A stretch of 64,000 nucleotides of DNA, taken from an uncultured Chloroflexia bacterium (GTDB lineage Bacteria; Chloroflexota; Anaerolineae; CG2-30-64-16). Below the pieces are notes generated by a model. It did no database searches. It worked only from the letters and a program-made list of their open reading frames with translations, and was not told the DNA's origin. Shown in pieces: positions 39,205-49,692 of this stretch; the stretch's first letter is position 1; each line of letters opens with the position of its first letter. Position numbers and translations under genes: made by a program. The stretch lies in assembly GCA_963810095.1 (NCBI GenBank), contig CAWEMM010000014.1, positions 224,001 through 288,000 on the forward strand, written 5' to 3'.

Positions 39205-39932
39205 CGGCCAACCTCCACCGCTGCAACGAAGCGGTAGCCCTGGCCGATTAGCGTCTCAATAAAGCGGGGGGTCTCGGCATCGTCCTTGAGGGTGCGGCGC
39301 AGCTCGGCTATGCGGGTGTCGACGGCACGGGTGGCCGCCGGATAATCCCAGCCCCACACCGCATCGAGCAGGCGCTCGCGCGACAGGACTTCGTCGGGGT
39401 GCAGCATGAGGTATTCGAGCACCGAGATCGCTTTGGCCGTGAGCGAGACCTCGCGGCCGTTCAGCGTGGCCCGGCGCGCCTGGCGGTCGAGCTCGAGGCT
39501 GCCGGAACGGAGCCGGTGTGCGCCTGCCAGCGAGGGCGCGCCGGGATGCGCCCGGCGCAGCACGGCCCGGATGCGCGCGACCAGCTCGTACGGCTCGAAC
39601 GGCTTGCCGAGGTAGTCGTCGGCCCCCTCGTCGAGGGCGACCGCCCGTTCTGCGGGCGAGCCGACGCGCGTCAGGAGAATGACGGGGGTCCAGTTGCCCG
39701 CCCGGCGCAACCGTCGCAGCACTTCGCGGCCGTCGAGCACGGGCATCAGGACGTCAAGAATCACCAGGTCGACCGGGTTGCGATCGAGCTGCTGGAGCGC
39801 GGTTCCGCCATCCGGCGCGTACGTAACCGTGTAGCCCGTGCGCTCGAGAAACGCACCGACATGCTCGGTCACCCCCGGGTCGTCGTCGACCAGGAGGATG
39901 CGCGTCGGTACGGACTTGGGATCGAGAACCAT
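39201..39932 (-). CDS. OmpR/PhoB family response regulator
   Basis: ILLVDDD, ILDVLMP, GADDYLGKPF, winged helix LLDAVWG..VDTRIAELR..GQGYRF. Confidence 0.95.
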   Translation of the reverse strand: MVLDPKSVPTRILLVDDDPGVTEHVGAFLERTGYTVTYAPDGGTALQQLDRNPVDLVILDVLMPVLDGREVLRRLRRAGNWTPVILLTRVGSPAERAVALDEGADDYLGKPFEPYELVARIRAVLRRAHPGAPSLAGAHRLRSGSLELDRQARRATLNGREVSLTAKAISVLEYLMLHPDEVLSRERLLDAVWGWDYPAATRAVDTRIAELRRTLKDDAETPRFIETLIGQGYRFVAAVEVGR

Positions 39933-40039
39933 TCTTCGGAGCCTCAGGCGCAGTATAGCGCGAGGCAGGGGGAGATGCAACACAGAACGCGGCAACAGCA
40001 GGAACTCCAGGCGCAGGATGCGAAGTCGGGCCGGCCAAG

Positions 40040-40048
40040 TGGTATAAT
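40040..40048 (+). promoter_or_regulatory. Extended -10 promoter, probably leaderless mRNA
   Basis: TGgTATAAT ends 8 nt before ATG at 40057; no SD. Confidence 0.55.
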
Positions 40049-40056
40049 GATCCTCT

Positions 40057-41896
40057 ATGTCCAATCGCGAGTTCCGTCTGGAGCACGAGCACCGTTACGA
40101 CCGCCGGGGACCGGTCCGCTGGATCATTTCGCATCTGGCCCGCTATCCGCACTTCCCGCTGCTGGCGCTGCTTGCTGCCATCTTCAACAACTTCTTCTAC
40201 AGCGAGATCCAGGTCATCATCGGCCGCGCCTTCGACCTGATCAGCCAGCCGGCCTGGTTGCCCTCGGCCCTGCTCGCGCTGGCGCTGCTCGCGCTCGTCG
40301 TGGCAGTCGGGCAGGGGCTCACCGGGCTTGCTGCGCAACTACTCGGTCGAGTTCGTCGCCGCCCGCGTCGAGCGCGACGCCCGCGACGAGCTGTACGCCA
40401 GCCTGCTGGGCAAGAGCCAGACCTTCCACGGCCGGCAGCGCATCGGCGACATCATGGCGCGGCACGACGAACGACGTGCACATGCTCAACCTCATGTTCA
40501 GCCCCGGCCTCATGCTGATCCTTGATTCGAGCCATGGCCGTCGTGGTGCCGCTGATCCTCATCGCTCGCATGGATACCCGCCTGCTCATCGTGCCGGGGG
40601 TGTTTCTGGTCTTCCTGGCCCTGACCCTGTTCGAGTACAACCGGCGCTTGAACCCGGTGAGCACGGCGATTCGCGAGCGCTTTGGCGACATGAATGCGGG
40701 CCTGGCCGAAGCTATTGCCGGGGTCGAGGTGGTCAAGTCGAACGTGCAGGAGCGTTACGAGTGGGCGAAGTTCACCGGGAACGCCCGCCTCGTCCGCGAC
40801 GCGACGGTGCGCCAAGGCGAGGTGCAGGCGCTCTACTGGCCGACCCTGGTATTTGCCTTTGCCTGGGCGGCCGCGCTGCTGCAGGGGCTGCTCATGTGGC
40901 AGGCCGGCGAGCTGAGCCTGGGCACCGTCATCGCGTATCTCGGCCTGGTGGGCACCCTGCGCTTCCCGACCAACATGTCGATTTTTACCTTCAACCTCGT
41001 CCAGCTGGGCCTGGCGAGCGCGCGCCGCATCCTCGAGACGGTCAACACCGAGACGGAGCTGGACGAGAACCCGGCCGGTGTCGTCCAGCCGATGCACGGG
41101 GAGGTGGCCTTCGACGGCGTCAGCTTTGGCTATGCTTCTGCCGCAGACGTCTCAGGGAACGGCAGAGACGTCCTCCGAGACCGTCGAATCCCTGGCGGCA
41201 AGCCCGCGGCGGCGTTCTGAAAGATGTCACCTTCTCCGTGCGCCCGGGCGAGACATTGCCATCGTCGGCCAGACCGGCTCGGGCAAGTCCACGCTGACGC
41301 GGCTGATCAACCGGATCTTCGATGCGGAGCGCGGGGCGCGTGCTGGTCGACGACATCGACGTGCGCGACTGGAACCTCGAATCGCTGCGCTCGCAGATCT
41401 CCTTCATCGAGCAGGACCCGTTCCTTTTCTCGCGCACGATTCGGGAGAACATTGCGTTTGGCCGGCCAGACGCGAGCGAAGAGGAGATCATGGCGGCCAG
41501 CCGGGCTGCGCAGGCGCACGACTTCATCCTGTCGTTCAAGGACGGGTATGACACGGAGGTGGGCGAACGCGGGGTGACGCTCTCGGGCGGACAGCGCCAG
41601 CGCATCGCCATCGCCCGCGCCTTCCTGACCGACCCCCGCGTCCTGATCCTGGACGACAGCACGAGCGCGATTGACAGCGAGACGGAGGACCAGATCCAGC
41701 GCGCGATGCGCCGCATCAGCCGCTCACGTACCACGTTCCTGATCACGCACCGGCTGAGCCAGATCCGCTGGGCCGACCGCATCCTCGTGCTGCGCCGTGG
41801 CGAGCTGGTCGACCAGGGCACGCATGAGGAGCTGATGCGGCGCAGCCCCGACTACGCCCGCATTTTTGCGGCCCGCAACTTCGCCGGGACTAACTG
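40057..41896 (+). CDS. ABC exporter, fused permease/ATPase subunit 1; multiple frameshifts
   Basis: Stitched from ORFs 40057, 40328, 40522, 41078, 41322; [16 protein letters not shown], degenerate Walker B LILDDST. Confidence 0.85.
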
Positions 41897-43741
41897 ATGG
41901 GTTTCATTCTCGACGGCCTCGAAAGCGAGGCATACGACCGCCAATACGGCGACCGCGAGCTGCTGCGCCGGGTGCTGACCTATTTCCGGCCGCACACGAA
42001 GCGCATGCTGCTCGTCGCGGTCGCGCTGACCCTGAACTCGCTGGCCGGCAGCGGCGGTCCGATCCTGATTTCGTCGGGCATCGACATGGTCGAAAAGAAC
42101 CCGTCGCGGCAAGCCATCTTCCTGCTTGCGGGCGGCGTCCTGCTGCTCGGCATCGCGGCCTGGGTGTTCAACTTCATCCAGCAGTGGTTCTCGGCTCGCG
42201 TCGTCGGCGACGTGGTGCTGAAGATTCGTGAGGACGTTTTTGCCGCCACCATCCGGCACGATATGTCGTTCTACGACGAGCACCCGTCGGGCAAGGTCGT
42301 GAGCCGGGTGACCTCGGACACGCAGGACCTGTCGGACGTGGTGACACTGATTACCAGCCTCATCAGCCAGGTGATGTTGGTGCTGTTCCTGGCTTTCTGG
42401 CTTTTCAGAATCGACGCCCGCCTGACGGTGGCGCTGTTCCTCATGGCGCCGCTGGCCGCGTTCATCGCTCTGAGCTTCCGGCGCATCGCACGCACCGTCA
42501 CCCAACGCGCGCGGCGGGTGACCGCGAAGATCAACGCGCAGATCCAGGAATCGGTCAGCGGGATCGTCGTGGCGAAGAGCTTCCGCCAGGAGCGGGCCAT
42601 CTACCAGGCCTTCGCAGATAACAACCGCCAGGCGTACGGGGTGACGCTGCGGCGGGGCATCACGCTGGACACGATCTTTCCGATCATCGCCACCTTCTCG
42701 GGCATCAGCGTCGCGATCCTGATCTATTTCGGCGGCATGGCGACCCGCGGCCCGAACGGCATTACGACCGGCAACTGGTACCTCTTCATGCAGTCGGTCG
42801 GCTTCTTCTGGTGGCCGGTCATCGGCATTGCGTCGTTCTGGAGCCAGTTCCAGGATGGGCTGGCCGCGTCCGAGCGGGTCTTTGCACTGATCGACGCGGA
42901 GCCCAAGGTGGTGCAGAACGCGGCGGAGCCGGTGACCCGGCTGACCGGCGACGTGCGATTCGAGCACGTTCAGTTCACCTATACGCCGAACGTTGAAGAA
43001 AGCCGCGGCGGCGAGGTGGTCCTGCCGGACTTCAACCTGCACATCCGCCCGCAGGAGACGGTGGCGCTGGTCGGCCACACGGGCGCCGGGAAGAGCAGCG
43101 TGGGGCGGCTGGTGGCCCGCTTCTACGAGTTCCAGGGCGGGGCGATCCTGGTCGACGGCGGGGCATCAGGGACGCACGATATCCGCTCGCTCGACCTGCA
43201 GGCCTACCGCCGGGAGGTCGGCATCGTGCCGCAGGAGCCCTTCCTGTTCTCCGGCACGCTGCGCGATAACATCCGCTACGCCCGGCCCGAGGCGACGGAC
43301 GCCGAGGTCGCGGCGGCCGCGCGGCGAGTGGCGGGTGGCGAATGGGTGGACGATTTACCGCACGGCCTCGACACCGACGTGGGCGAGCGCGGTTCGAGCC
43401 TGTCGATGGGGCAACGGCAGCTGACCGTGCTGGCGCGGGTGGTGCTGAAGGACCCGGCGATTTTCATCCTGGACGAGGCGACCGCGAGCGTGGACCCGTT
43501 TACGGAGATGCAGATCCAGGAAGGGCTGGCCGAGGTGATGGCCGACCGGACGGCGATCGTCATCGCGCACCGGCTGTCGACCGTGGTGGCTGCCGACCGG
43601 ATCATCGTGATGGACCATGGGGAGATCATCGAGGAAGGGAACCACGAGGAACTGATGGTGCGCGGCGGACATTACGCGACGCTGTATGACACCTACTTCC
43701 GGCACCAGTCCATCGAATACGTGGAGGCGCAGCGGGCATGA
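41897..43741 (+). CDS. ABC exporter, fused permease/ATPase subunit 2 (heterodimer partner)
   Basis: 6 TMs, GHTGAGKS, degenerate signature LSMGQRQ, ILDEAT, IAHRL. Confidence 0.93.
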   Translation: MGFILDGLESEAYDRQYGDRELLRRVLTYFRPHTKRMLLVAVALTLNSLAGSGGPILISSGIDMVEKNPSRQAIFLLAGGVLLLGIAAWVFNFIQQWFSARVVGDVVLKIREDVFAATIRHDMSFYDEHPSGKVVSRVTSDTQDLSDVVTLITSLISQVMLVLFLAFWLFRIDARLTVALFLMAPLAAFIALSFRRIARTVTQRARRVTAKINAQIQESVSGIVVAKSFRQERAIYQAFADNNRQAYGVTLRRGITLDTIFPIIATFSGISVAILIYFGGMATRGPNGITTGNWYLFMQSVGFFWWPVIGIASFWSQFQDGLAASERVFALIDAEPKVVQNAAEPVTRLTGDVRFEHVQFTYTPNVEESRGGEVVLPDFNLHIRPQETVALVGHTGAGKSSVGRLVARFYEFQGGAILVDGGASGTHDIRSLDLQAYRREVGIVPQEPFLFSGTLRDNIRYARPEATDAEVAAAARRVAGGEWVDDLPHGLDTDVGERGSSLSMGQRQLTVLARVVLKDPAIFILDEATASVDPFTEMQIQEGLAEVMADRTAIVIAHRLSTVVAADRIIVMDHGEIIEEGNHEELMVRGGHYATLYDTYFRHQSIEYVEAQRA

Positions 43742-43803
43742 CGCAGAGCGGGGGCGGGGCGCGGCCGTACGCGGCTGCCCCCTGCGCGGTGCCGCCGGTC
43801 GCG

Positions 43804-44949
43804 TCAGCCGGCCGAGTAGATTGCCAGGATGTTTTCGAGCGGCGTCTCGGGAACGGCCTCGTGCGACGGGCCGAGGACCAGCCCGCCGCGTGCGCCCCAC
43901 AGATCGCGCGCTCGCTGCACCTCTGAGCGCACCTGCTGCGGCGACCCGCTCACCAGGAGCTTTTGCACGTCGATGCCGCCGCTGATGCAGACGTCGCGCC
44001 CGTACCTGGCATAGACCGTCGCGAGGTCCATGTCGCGCGCCGAAGTTTGGACGACGTCGAAGACGTCGATCCCCGCGTCGATCATCATCGGCAGCACTTC
44101 GTGCACGCTGCCGCAGCAATGCCAGCTGAACACCAGCCCGTAGCGTTTGACCTCGGCGATCATCTCCCGGTAGAGCGGCTGGAAGTACTTCCGGAACAGC
44201 GCCGGCGCAAACATGATGTGCTCTTGCCCGGCCACGTCGTCCCACGACGCATACAGGTTGGCCGCATGACCGAAAGCCGCGAGCGAACGCCTCGAAAACT
44301 CCAGGCAGAACTCTCCGACTTCGCCGATCAGCCGCTCGGCCAGCCCCTTGTCGAGCACCATATCCATCAGGAATTGCTCCATCCCCCGCAGGTAGGAACA
44401 GATCATGAATAGGTTGTTGAGGACGCCCATGCAGACGACGTGCTGCTCGCGGCCCGCCAGCGTGTCACAGGCCAACGCGCTCTCCTCCTGCCCGTGTTTG
44501 GCCTGCCGGTTGACCATGCAGGAGAAGTCGAAGTCGGCCAACCGGTGCATCAGGAAGCCCGCAGGGAGGTCGCTCGCGCGCTCCACACGCGCAAGCGGCG
44601 GATCGGCATACGCGGGATACTCGAACCCAAGCTCGTCCACCCCGCCCGAAATCGCGGGGATGCCGAGCGTGTAGAAGTAAGCGCCGTCAGGGACGTAGCG
44701 CCCGGCCGGCGCGGGCCCCCGGTAGGCGGGCAGGAAGGTGGCCCAGGCGTCGACGCGCGAGCCCGAGGCCCAGAAGTCCGCGCCGAGACAGTCGAGAAGC
44801 GCCTCGGCCGCCCCGAGACCGCCGGCCGGATCGAGATCGAAGTGGGCCATCAAGCGGCGCACGAGGACCTTCGATCCTCGGAAATGCGTCGGGATCCGGT
44901 CGACCGGCCGGCGCCCCGCAGCAGCCAGATAGCGCTCTCTGCCGTTCAC
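43804..44949 (-). CDS. Uroporphyrinogen decarboxylase/MtaA-CmuA family protein (paralogue 1)
   Basis: MNGRERYL..DRIP, YLRGMEQFL.D, WDDVAGQ, WHCCG, GGIDVQ, GPSH. Confidence 0.88.
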   Translation of the reverse strand: MNGRERYLAAAGRRPVDRIPTHFRGSKVLVRRLMAHFDLDPAGGLGAAEALLDCLGADFWASGSRVDAWATFLPAYRGPAPAGRYVPDGAYFYTLGIPAISGGVDELGFEYPAYADPPLARVERASDLPAGFLMHRLADFDFSCMVNRQAKHGQEESALACDTLAGREQHVVCMGVLNNLFMICSYLRGMEQFLMDMVLDKGLAERLIGEVGEFCLEFSRRSLAAFGHAANLYASWDDVAGQEHIMFAPALFRKYFQPLYREMIAEVKRYGLVFSWHCCGSVHEVLPMMIDAGIDVFDVVQTSARDMDLATVYARYGRDVCISGGIDVQKLLVSGSPQQVRSEVQRARDLWGARGGLVLGPSHEAVPETPLENILAIYSAG

Positions 44950-44967
44950 CTGTGTCCCCCGTCTCCG

Positions 44968-46515
44968 TCAGCCCAGGAAGCGGTCGTAGAGTTGATGGTT
45001 GACCGGCGCCAGGGCGCCGTAGAGCTGCTTGTAGATCGGGAAGAGCTCGGCGTAGCGAGCGGTCACCTTGAGATCCGGCTCGAAGGTCACGCCCGGCTTC
45101 CACACATGCTCGAAGGCATCCTGTTCGTCCCGGTAGATGCCGACCCCGATGCCCCCCAGCAGGGCGGCGCCCATCGGCGTTGCGTCTTCCACCGCGGGCA
45201 CTTCGATCACCTGCCCGACCATGTCCGCCTTGTTCTGCATCCAGAACTTGTTGCGCACCGCACCGCCGACGACCACCAGCTTCTCGAACGGGACGTTCAT
45301 CTCGTTCTGCATCGTCTTCACGACGTCGAGGAACTGGTAGTCCAGCCCTTCGATGATCGCGCGCAGCATATCGCCCTTTTCGACAAAGTTGCTTAACCCC
45401 ACAAAGCCGGCCAGCGAGCGGTTGTCCACCGTCGGGCAGCCCGCGCCCGACATGTGGGGGAGGAACATGACCCCACGCGCACCCACGGGAGACTGGGCCG
45501 CCTCCGCCATCAGGTAATCCCAGTCCACACCGCCCGAGGTCTCCGCCTGGCGCTTGGCCTCGAACCCGTACTGCTTGCGATACCACTCCAGCATGTCGGA
45601 CGAGACTGCGCCGCCCCAGACGGCAAACAGGTTCCGCGCGACATGCGCCTCCACGGTCACCCCGGCCCGCTGCGCCTGGGGCGTGAGGACGGGGGCCGGC
45701 GTCGAGGCCAGAACGACTTCCCAGGTGCCGCTGACGTCGAGGATGGCGCCCGGCTTGATGGCGCCGACCGGCAGCGCGCCGCACAGATAGTCGTGCCCTC
45801 CGAGCACGACGGGCGTGCCGGGCGCCAGCCCTGTGGCCTCCGCCGCATCCGGCGTAACGCCGCCGATGACCGTGCCGCTGGGGAACGCATCGCAGAGAAT
45901 CCGCCTGTCAATCCCCGACAGGGCCAACATCTCGTCCGACCAATTCAGGTTGCACTGGTCGAACAAGAGCGTGCACGAGGCCATGGTGTAATCTGTCGCG
46001 GCGACGCCGCACAGCATGTAATTAACGAAATCCTCGATGAGCAGCCACTTGTGCGTTCGCTTCAGGATCTCGGGCTCGTGCTCGGCCATCCACAGCAGCC
46101 GCAGCGCGGTGGAGAAGCGCCAGAGCGTGTTGCCGCCAATCGAGAAGGTCTTTTCCGCGCCGATGTGCTTGACCCACCAGTCAAACTGCGGCTGAGTGCG
46201 CGGGCAGTGCCAGCTGATCATGGGGTAGAGCCAGTTCCCGTGTTCGTCGATGGGCAGGCCGTCCATCCCCATGCCGGTGACCGCAATCGCTTTTACGTCG
46301 CGCGGATCGCCGACCGCGGCCATGGCATCCTTCAGCGCGGCCGCGCTTCCGCCCCAGATCTGTTCGGGCTGCCACACGGTCCACTCGGGGTGGAGCGGAT
46401 CGGGATGGAAGCGTTCGGTTGGCCGCGAGCCGCTCGCGATGACATTGCCCTGCGTATCGTAGATGACGGCCTTGAGGCTGGTCGAGCCCAGGTCAATCCC
46501 TGCCAGATAAGCCAT
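44968..46515 (-). CDS. FGGY family carbohydrate kinase (xylulokinase/fuculokinase-like)
   Basis: GIDLGSTSLK, GGHDYLCG, SGTWE, LPHMSG, VGGAVRN..Q.KAD. Confidence 0.93.
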   Translation of the reverse strand: MAYLAGIDLGSTSLKAVIYDTQGNVIASGSRPTERFHPDPLHPEWTVWQPEQIWGGSAAALKDAMAAVGDPRDVKAIAVTGMGMDGLPIDEHGNWLYPMISWHCPRTQPQFDWWVKHIGAEKTFSIGGNTLWRFSTALRLLWMAEHEPEILKRTHKWLLIEDFVNYMLCGVAATDYTMASCTLLFDQCNLNWSDEMLALSGIDRRILCDAFPSGTVIGGVTPDAAEATGLAPGTPVVLGGHDYLCGALPVGAIKPGAILDVSGTWEVVLASTPAPVLTPQAQRAGVTVEAHVARNLFAVWGGAVSSDMLEWYRKQYGFEAKRQAETSGGVDWDYLMAEAAQSPVGARGVMFLPHMSGAGCPTVDNRSLAGFVGLSNFVEKGDMLRAIIEGLDYQFLDVVKTMQNEMNVPFEKLVVVGGAVRNKFWMQNKADMVGQVIEVPAVEDATPMGAALLGGIGVGIYRDEQDAFEHVWKPGVTFEPDLKVTARYAELFPIYKQLYGALAPVNHQLYDRFLG

Positions 46516-46555
46516 GCCTGCACCTCCCTGTGTCCGCTACCGCGGCTTGTCGCGC

Positions 46556-47581
46556 TCAGTATCGCCCGAACTGCCGAAGCGTCTGCATCATTGCCGCGTA
46601 GTTTTCCGGCTTCACGCCCGAGTGAATGCTGTTGCTCGAGGACAAGATGTAGCCGCCGCCCGGCATGCCCTCGCGCAGCGCCTGCTTGGTGGCCTCTACC
46701 GTCTCTTCCACGCTGCCGAAGGTCAGCAGGTCGGCGCAGTCGACGTTGCCCTTGATGGCGATGCGATGGCCGTACTTCGCCTTGACCTCAGGAATGCTCA
46801 TGCCGCCCTTTGGGTCGATCGGATCGAGGCAGTCGATGCCCGAGTCGATGATCATATCCAGGATGGGCCACAGGTTGCCGTCGGTGTGCTTGATCACCAG
46901 CAGCCCGAGGTCCTTGTAGCCGCCCATGACCCGGCAGAGCCCGGGATAAAACAGCTTGCGGAAATGGCGGGGCGACATCAGCGGTCCTTTGCTCGAACAA
47001 TAGTCGTCGCCCGTATAGACGATCTTCACGCCCCGCGCCACTAACTCCTTGGCCATGACGAGGTTAATGTCCACCGACATGTCGACGAGTCCCTGGACTA
47101 ACGCAGGCTCGCCCGCAATCGCCATGAGCAGGTTCTCCATGCCCATGAGATAGCGCGGGAGCGAGAAGACGTCGTTGAGGTGCACGACGACCGCGTATTG
47201 GTCGCCGTATTCGGCAAGCGCCTTCTCTACCGACGCATAGCGGCCCGGCTTCAATGGGTCAGGCGGCGCATAGCGCTCGAAGTCCGCCATCGTCGCGATG
47301 GGCGACTCCACTTCGATGCCATGTTCCTCCTGCGTCTTCTGGCCCACGTAGCCCCACTCGCTGCGATAGCGCCCATCTTCGAGCGGCTCTTTCGTGAAAT
47401 TGGGGTCGACGAGGACCGCGTCGTGGCCCATCCGAACCGCGAAATCATTGTGATCGCGACAGCCCGGCAGCAGCGCGTCGCGCACCTTCCGGTCGACCAG
47501 CCATTCAAAGTGTGGCACCCGGTCTGGCTCCTGTCGCTGCAGCGCGGCCATGACGCGTTCTTTTGAGGTCATTTCGGACAA
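46556..47581 (-). CDS. UROD/MtaA-CmuA family protein (paralogue 2)
   Basis: MTSKERV..EPDRVP, SEWG, GMENLL, GDDY, KHTDG, KGNVD, SSSNS. Confidence 0.9.
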   Translation of the reverse strand: MSEMTSKERVMAALQRQEPDRVPHFEWLVDRKVRDALLPGCRDHNDFAVRMGHDAVLVDPNFTKEPLEDGRYRSEWGYVGQKTQEEHGIEVESPIATMADFERYAPPDPLKPGRYASVEKALAEYGDQYAVVVHLNDVFSLPRYLMGMENLLMAIAGEPALVQGLVDMSVDINLVMAKELVARGVKIVYTGDDYCSSKGPLMSPRHFRKLFYPGLCRVMGGYKDLGLLVIKHTDGNLWPILDMIIDSGIDCLDPIDPKGGMSIPEVKAKYGHRIAIKGNVDCADLLTFGSVEETVEATKQALREGMPGGGYILSSSNSIHSGVKPENYAAMMQTLRQFGRY

Positions 47582-47636
47582 TTGATTAACCCTCCGTTGC
47601 TGTGCTGGTGCCGGCTGCGCTCGACTCTCACTGTGG

Positions 47637-48599
47637 TCAGCACAGAGCGAGGACCGCTTCTGCCGCCAGATCGTCGATGATTAGCCAGTCGATGACGCCG
47701 CTGCGTACGGCGCCAAGGATCGCGGGGGCCTTGGCCTTTCCCGAGGCCACCGCGATGACGTTCGGGAAGCGGTTGAGGTCGGTCCAGTCGACGCCGATAA
47801 CGCAGGAGTTGAACCAGGGAATCTCCACGTACTCCCCGTTCAAATCATAAAAGGAGGAACAGACCGCCCCGACAACCCCCTGGCGGTCAAGCCGCCGGAG
47901 TTCCTCGTATGAGATGTAGCCTGAGTGATACTGGGTCGAAACCCCGGGAACGATGGAGCCGATGCCGACCAGGGCAATATCCGACTGTTTTGCCAGCTCC
48001 AGCACCTCGCGCACCGACCGGTCTTCCCGCAGCGCCTCCGCGACGCTTGCACTATCCACTCGCATGGGTGCGTTAAGGTAGTAGTGCTGTGCGCCGAAGA
48101 TCTCGCCTGCTCGCCGCACCTGCTCCGGGCCGTCGATCGTCGCATGTGGCGCGCCCACCCCCCCGAGCAACTGCACGACCTTGAGGTTTGGCAGGCGCTT
48201 CGGCCGCAATTCACGTATTACGGTATGCACCGTGGTCCCCCACGACAGGCCGAGCGTCATCCCGTCGTGGAGCATCCTGTCGAGGGCGGTCACGGCGAGG
48301 CGGCCCAGTTGGCGGCGCACTTCATCGTCGCTGGTGTTCCGGCACTCGACGACCGACACTTCCTTCAGGGCAAAGGTGCGGGTGAACCGCTCCTCCAACT
48401 CGGGCACGGTCGGTATGGGTGGGTGCACCCGTATTTCGACGATGCCAAGCTCGCGCGCCTCGAGAAGGAGTCGCGAGATTGACGGCCGCGACAGGCCCAC
48501 CAACTTCGCGATTTCATCCTGAGAGAGGCCGTCGGCGTAATAGCGCTGGGCGATCTCTGCGATCAACTGCAGACGGTCAAGCGATAGCTGCTCTGCCAT
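47637..48599 (-). CDS. SorC/DeoR family sugar-binding transcriptional regulator
   Basis: YYADGLSQDEIA..SRPSISRLL..GIVEI HTH; SWGTT, DIALVGIG, KAPAILGA, IIDD. Confidence 0.95.
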   Translation of the reverse strand: MAEQLSLDRLQLIAEIAQRYYADGLSQDEIAKLVGLSRPSISRLLLEARELGIVEIRVHPPIPTVPELEERFTRTFALKEVSVVECRNTSDDEVRRQLGRLAVTALDRMLHDGMTLGLSWGTTVHTVIRELRPKRLPNLKVVQLLGGVGAPHATIDGPEQVRRAGEIFGAQHYYLNAPMRVDSASVAEALREDRSVREVLELAKQSDIALVGIGSIVPGVSTQYHSGYISYEELRRLDRQGVVGAVCSSFYDLNGEYVEIPWFNSCVIGVDWTDLNRFPNVIAVASGKAKAPAILGAVRSGVIDWLIIDDLAAEAVLALC

Positions 48600-48660
48600 G
48601 CTCTTACCTCTGAACCCGTATTCGACTCGTTGCGTGCCACTTCACAATATTATCACAGAC

Positions 48661-49635
48661 TCATGCTTCGGCCTGGGTTAAGACGCGCTCCGCTGCTGCG
48701 TCATCCGTTACGAGCACATCCGGGATTCCGGTTCGCAGCGCGCCCAGGATCGCGTCGGCCTTCCCACGCCCACCTGCGACGGCCAAAACCGTCCCGTACT
48801 GCTGCAGATGATCCCAACTCGGCCCGATGGTACACGCCTCGAGCCTGTGCAGTGGCGTGCGGCGCCCCTGCAGGTCGAAGTAGTATTGGCAAAACGCGCC
48901 CACCGACCCTCGGGCGCGCAGATCGTCCAGCTCGGACAGCGAGACGTAGCCCGCCTGGTGCGTCGTGCTGGTCTCCGCCTCGGTCGTGCCGATCCCGAGC
49001 AGCGCGATGTCGGAGCGCCCTGCCAGCTCCAACACCTCGGCGATCGAGTGGTCAGAGCGCAGCGCCGCCGCCACCTCGGCGGAGCTGACGATGAGGGGAG
49101 CATTGATGTAGAAGTGCTGGGCCTGCAGGACGGCCGCGGCCCTGCGCACTTGCTCGGCCGCGTCGATCTGCCGGTAGCTCATTCCCACGCTGCCGACCAG
49201 TTGGACGACTCGCACGCCGGTCAGCGCCCTTGGAGACAGCGCCCTCACTACGGCCTGGCTCGCCGTGCCCCAAGCGATGCCGACGACCATATTATCCTTG
49301 AGCAGTTCGCCCAAGACAAGCGCCCCCAGGCTGCCCAGGAGCGACAGCACCTCCGCGTCGGTGGCCGTCCGGCGCGCCAGCACGCGCGCCCCGCGCAGCC
49401 CGAAACAGCGGACGAGCCGCGTCTCCAACTCGGGCACGGTGGGGATGGGCGGCTTCAGGCTGATCTCCACAATGCCGAGCTTCTTGGCTTCGTCGAGCAG
49501 GCGGGCGACCGCGGACCTTGAAATTCCTGCGCGCGCGCCGACTTGCTCCTGCGACAGCCCTTCGAGGTAGTACCACTGCGCGACGTCGGCCGTCAGCCGG
49601 AGCCTGTGCCCACTCTCGGGCCCCACGTTGGGCAT
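48661..49635 (-). CDS. SorC/DeoR family sugar-binding transcriptional regulator (second paralogue)
   Basis: YYLEGLSQEQVG..SRSAVARLL..GIVEI; AWGTA, DIALLGIG, KADAILGAL, VTDD. Confidence 0.95.
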   Translation of the reverse strand: MPNVGPESGHRLRLTADVAQWYYLEGLSQEQVGARAGISRSAVARLLDEAKKLGIVEISLKPPIPTVPELETRLVRCFGLRGARVLARRTATDAEVLSLLGSLGALVLGELLKDNMVVGIAWGTASQAVVRALSPRALTGVRVVQLVGSVGMSYRQIDAAEQVRRAAAVLQAQHFYINAPLIVSSAEVAAALRSDHSIAEVLELAGRSDIALLGIGTTEAETSTTHQAGYVSLSELDDLRARGSVGAFCQYYFDLQGRRTPLHRLEACTIGPSWDHLQQYGTVLAVAGGRGKADAILGALRTGIPDVLVTDDAAAERVLTQAEA

Positions 49636-49692
49636 ATCGAGCACCTCACCGATCAGGGACACGGCATATGCAAAATGCCTTGTCCCTACACT

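Noticed and set aside
39399-41297. Long alternative ORFs (e.g. 39399-41297, 1244-2722, 3082-4647, 8986-10494, 54026-55645)
   Set aside because: Antisense or off-frame shadows of clear genes, expected at high GC; Arg/Pro/His-rich composition with no motifs
40057-41896. Programmed ribosomal frameshifting or true pseudogene in ABC subunit 1
   Set aside because: Breaks are numerous, lack a consistent slippery site and the partner subunit is intact; sequencing error is more parsimonious
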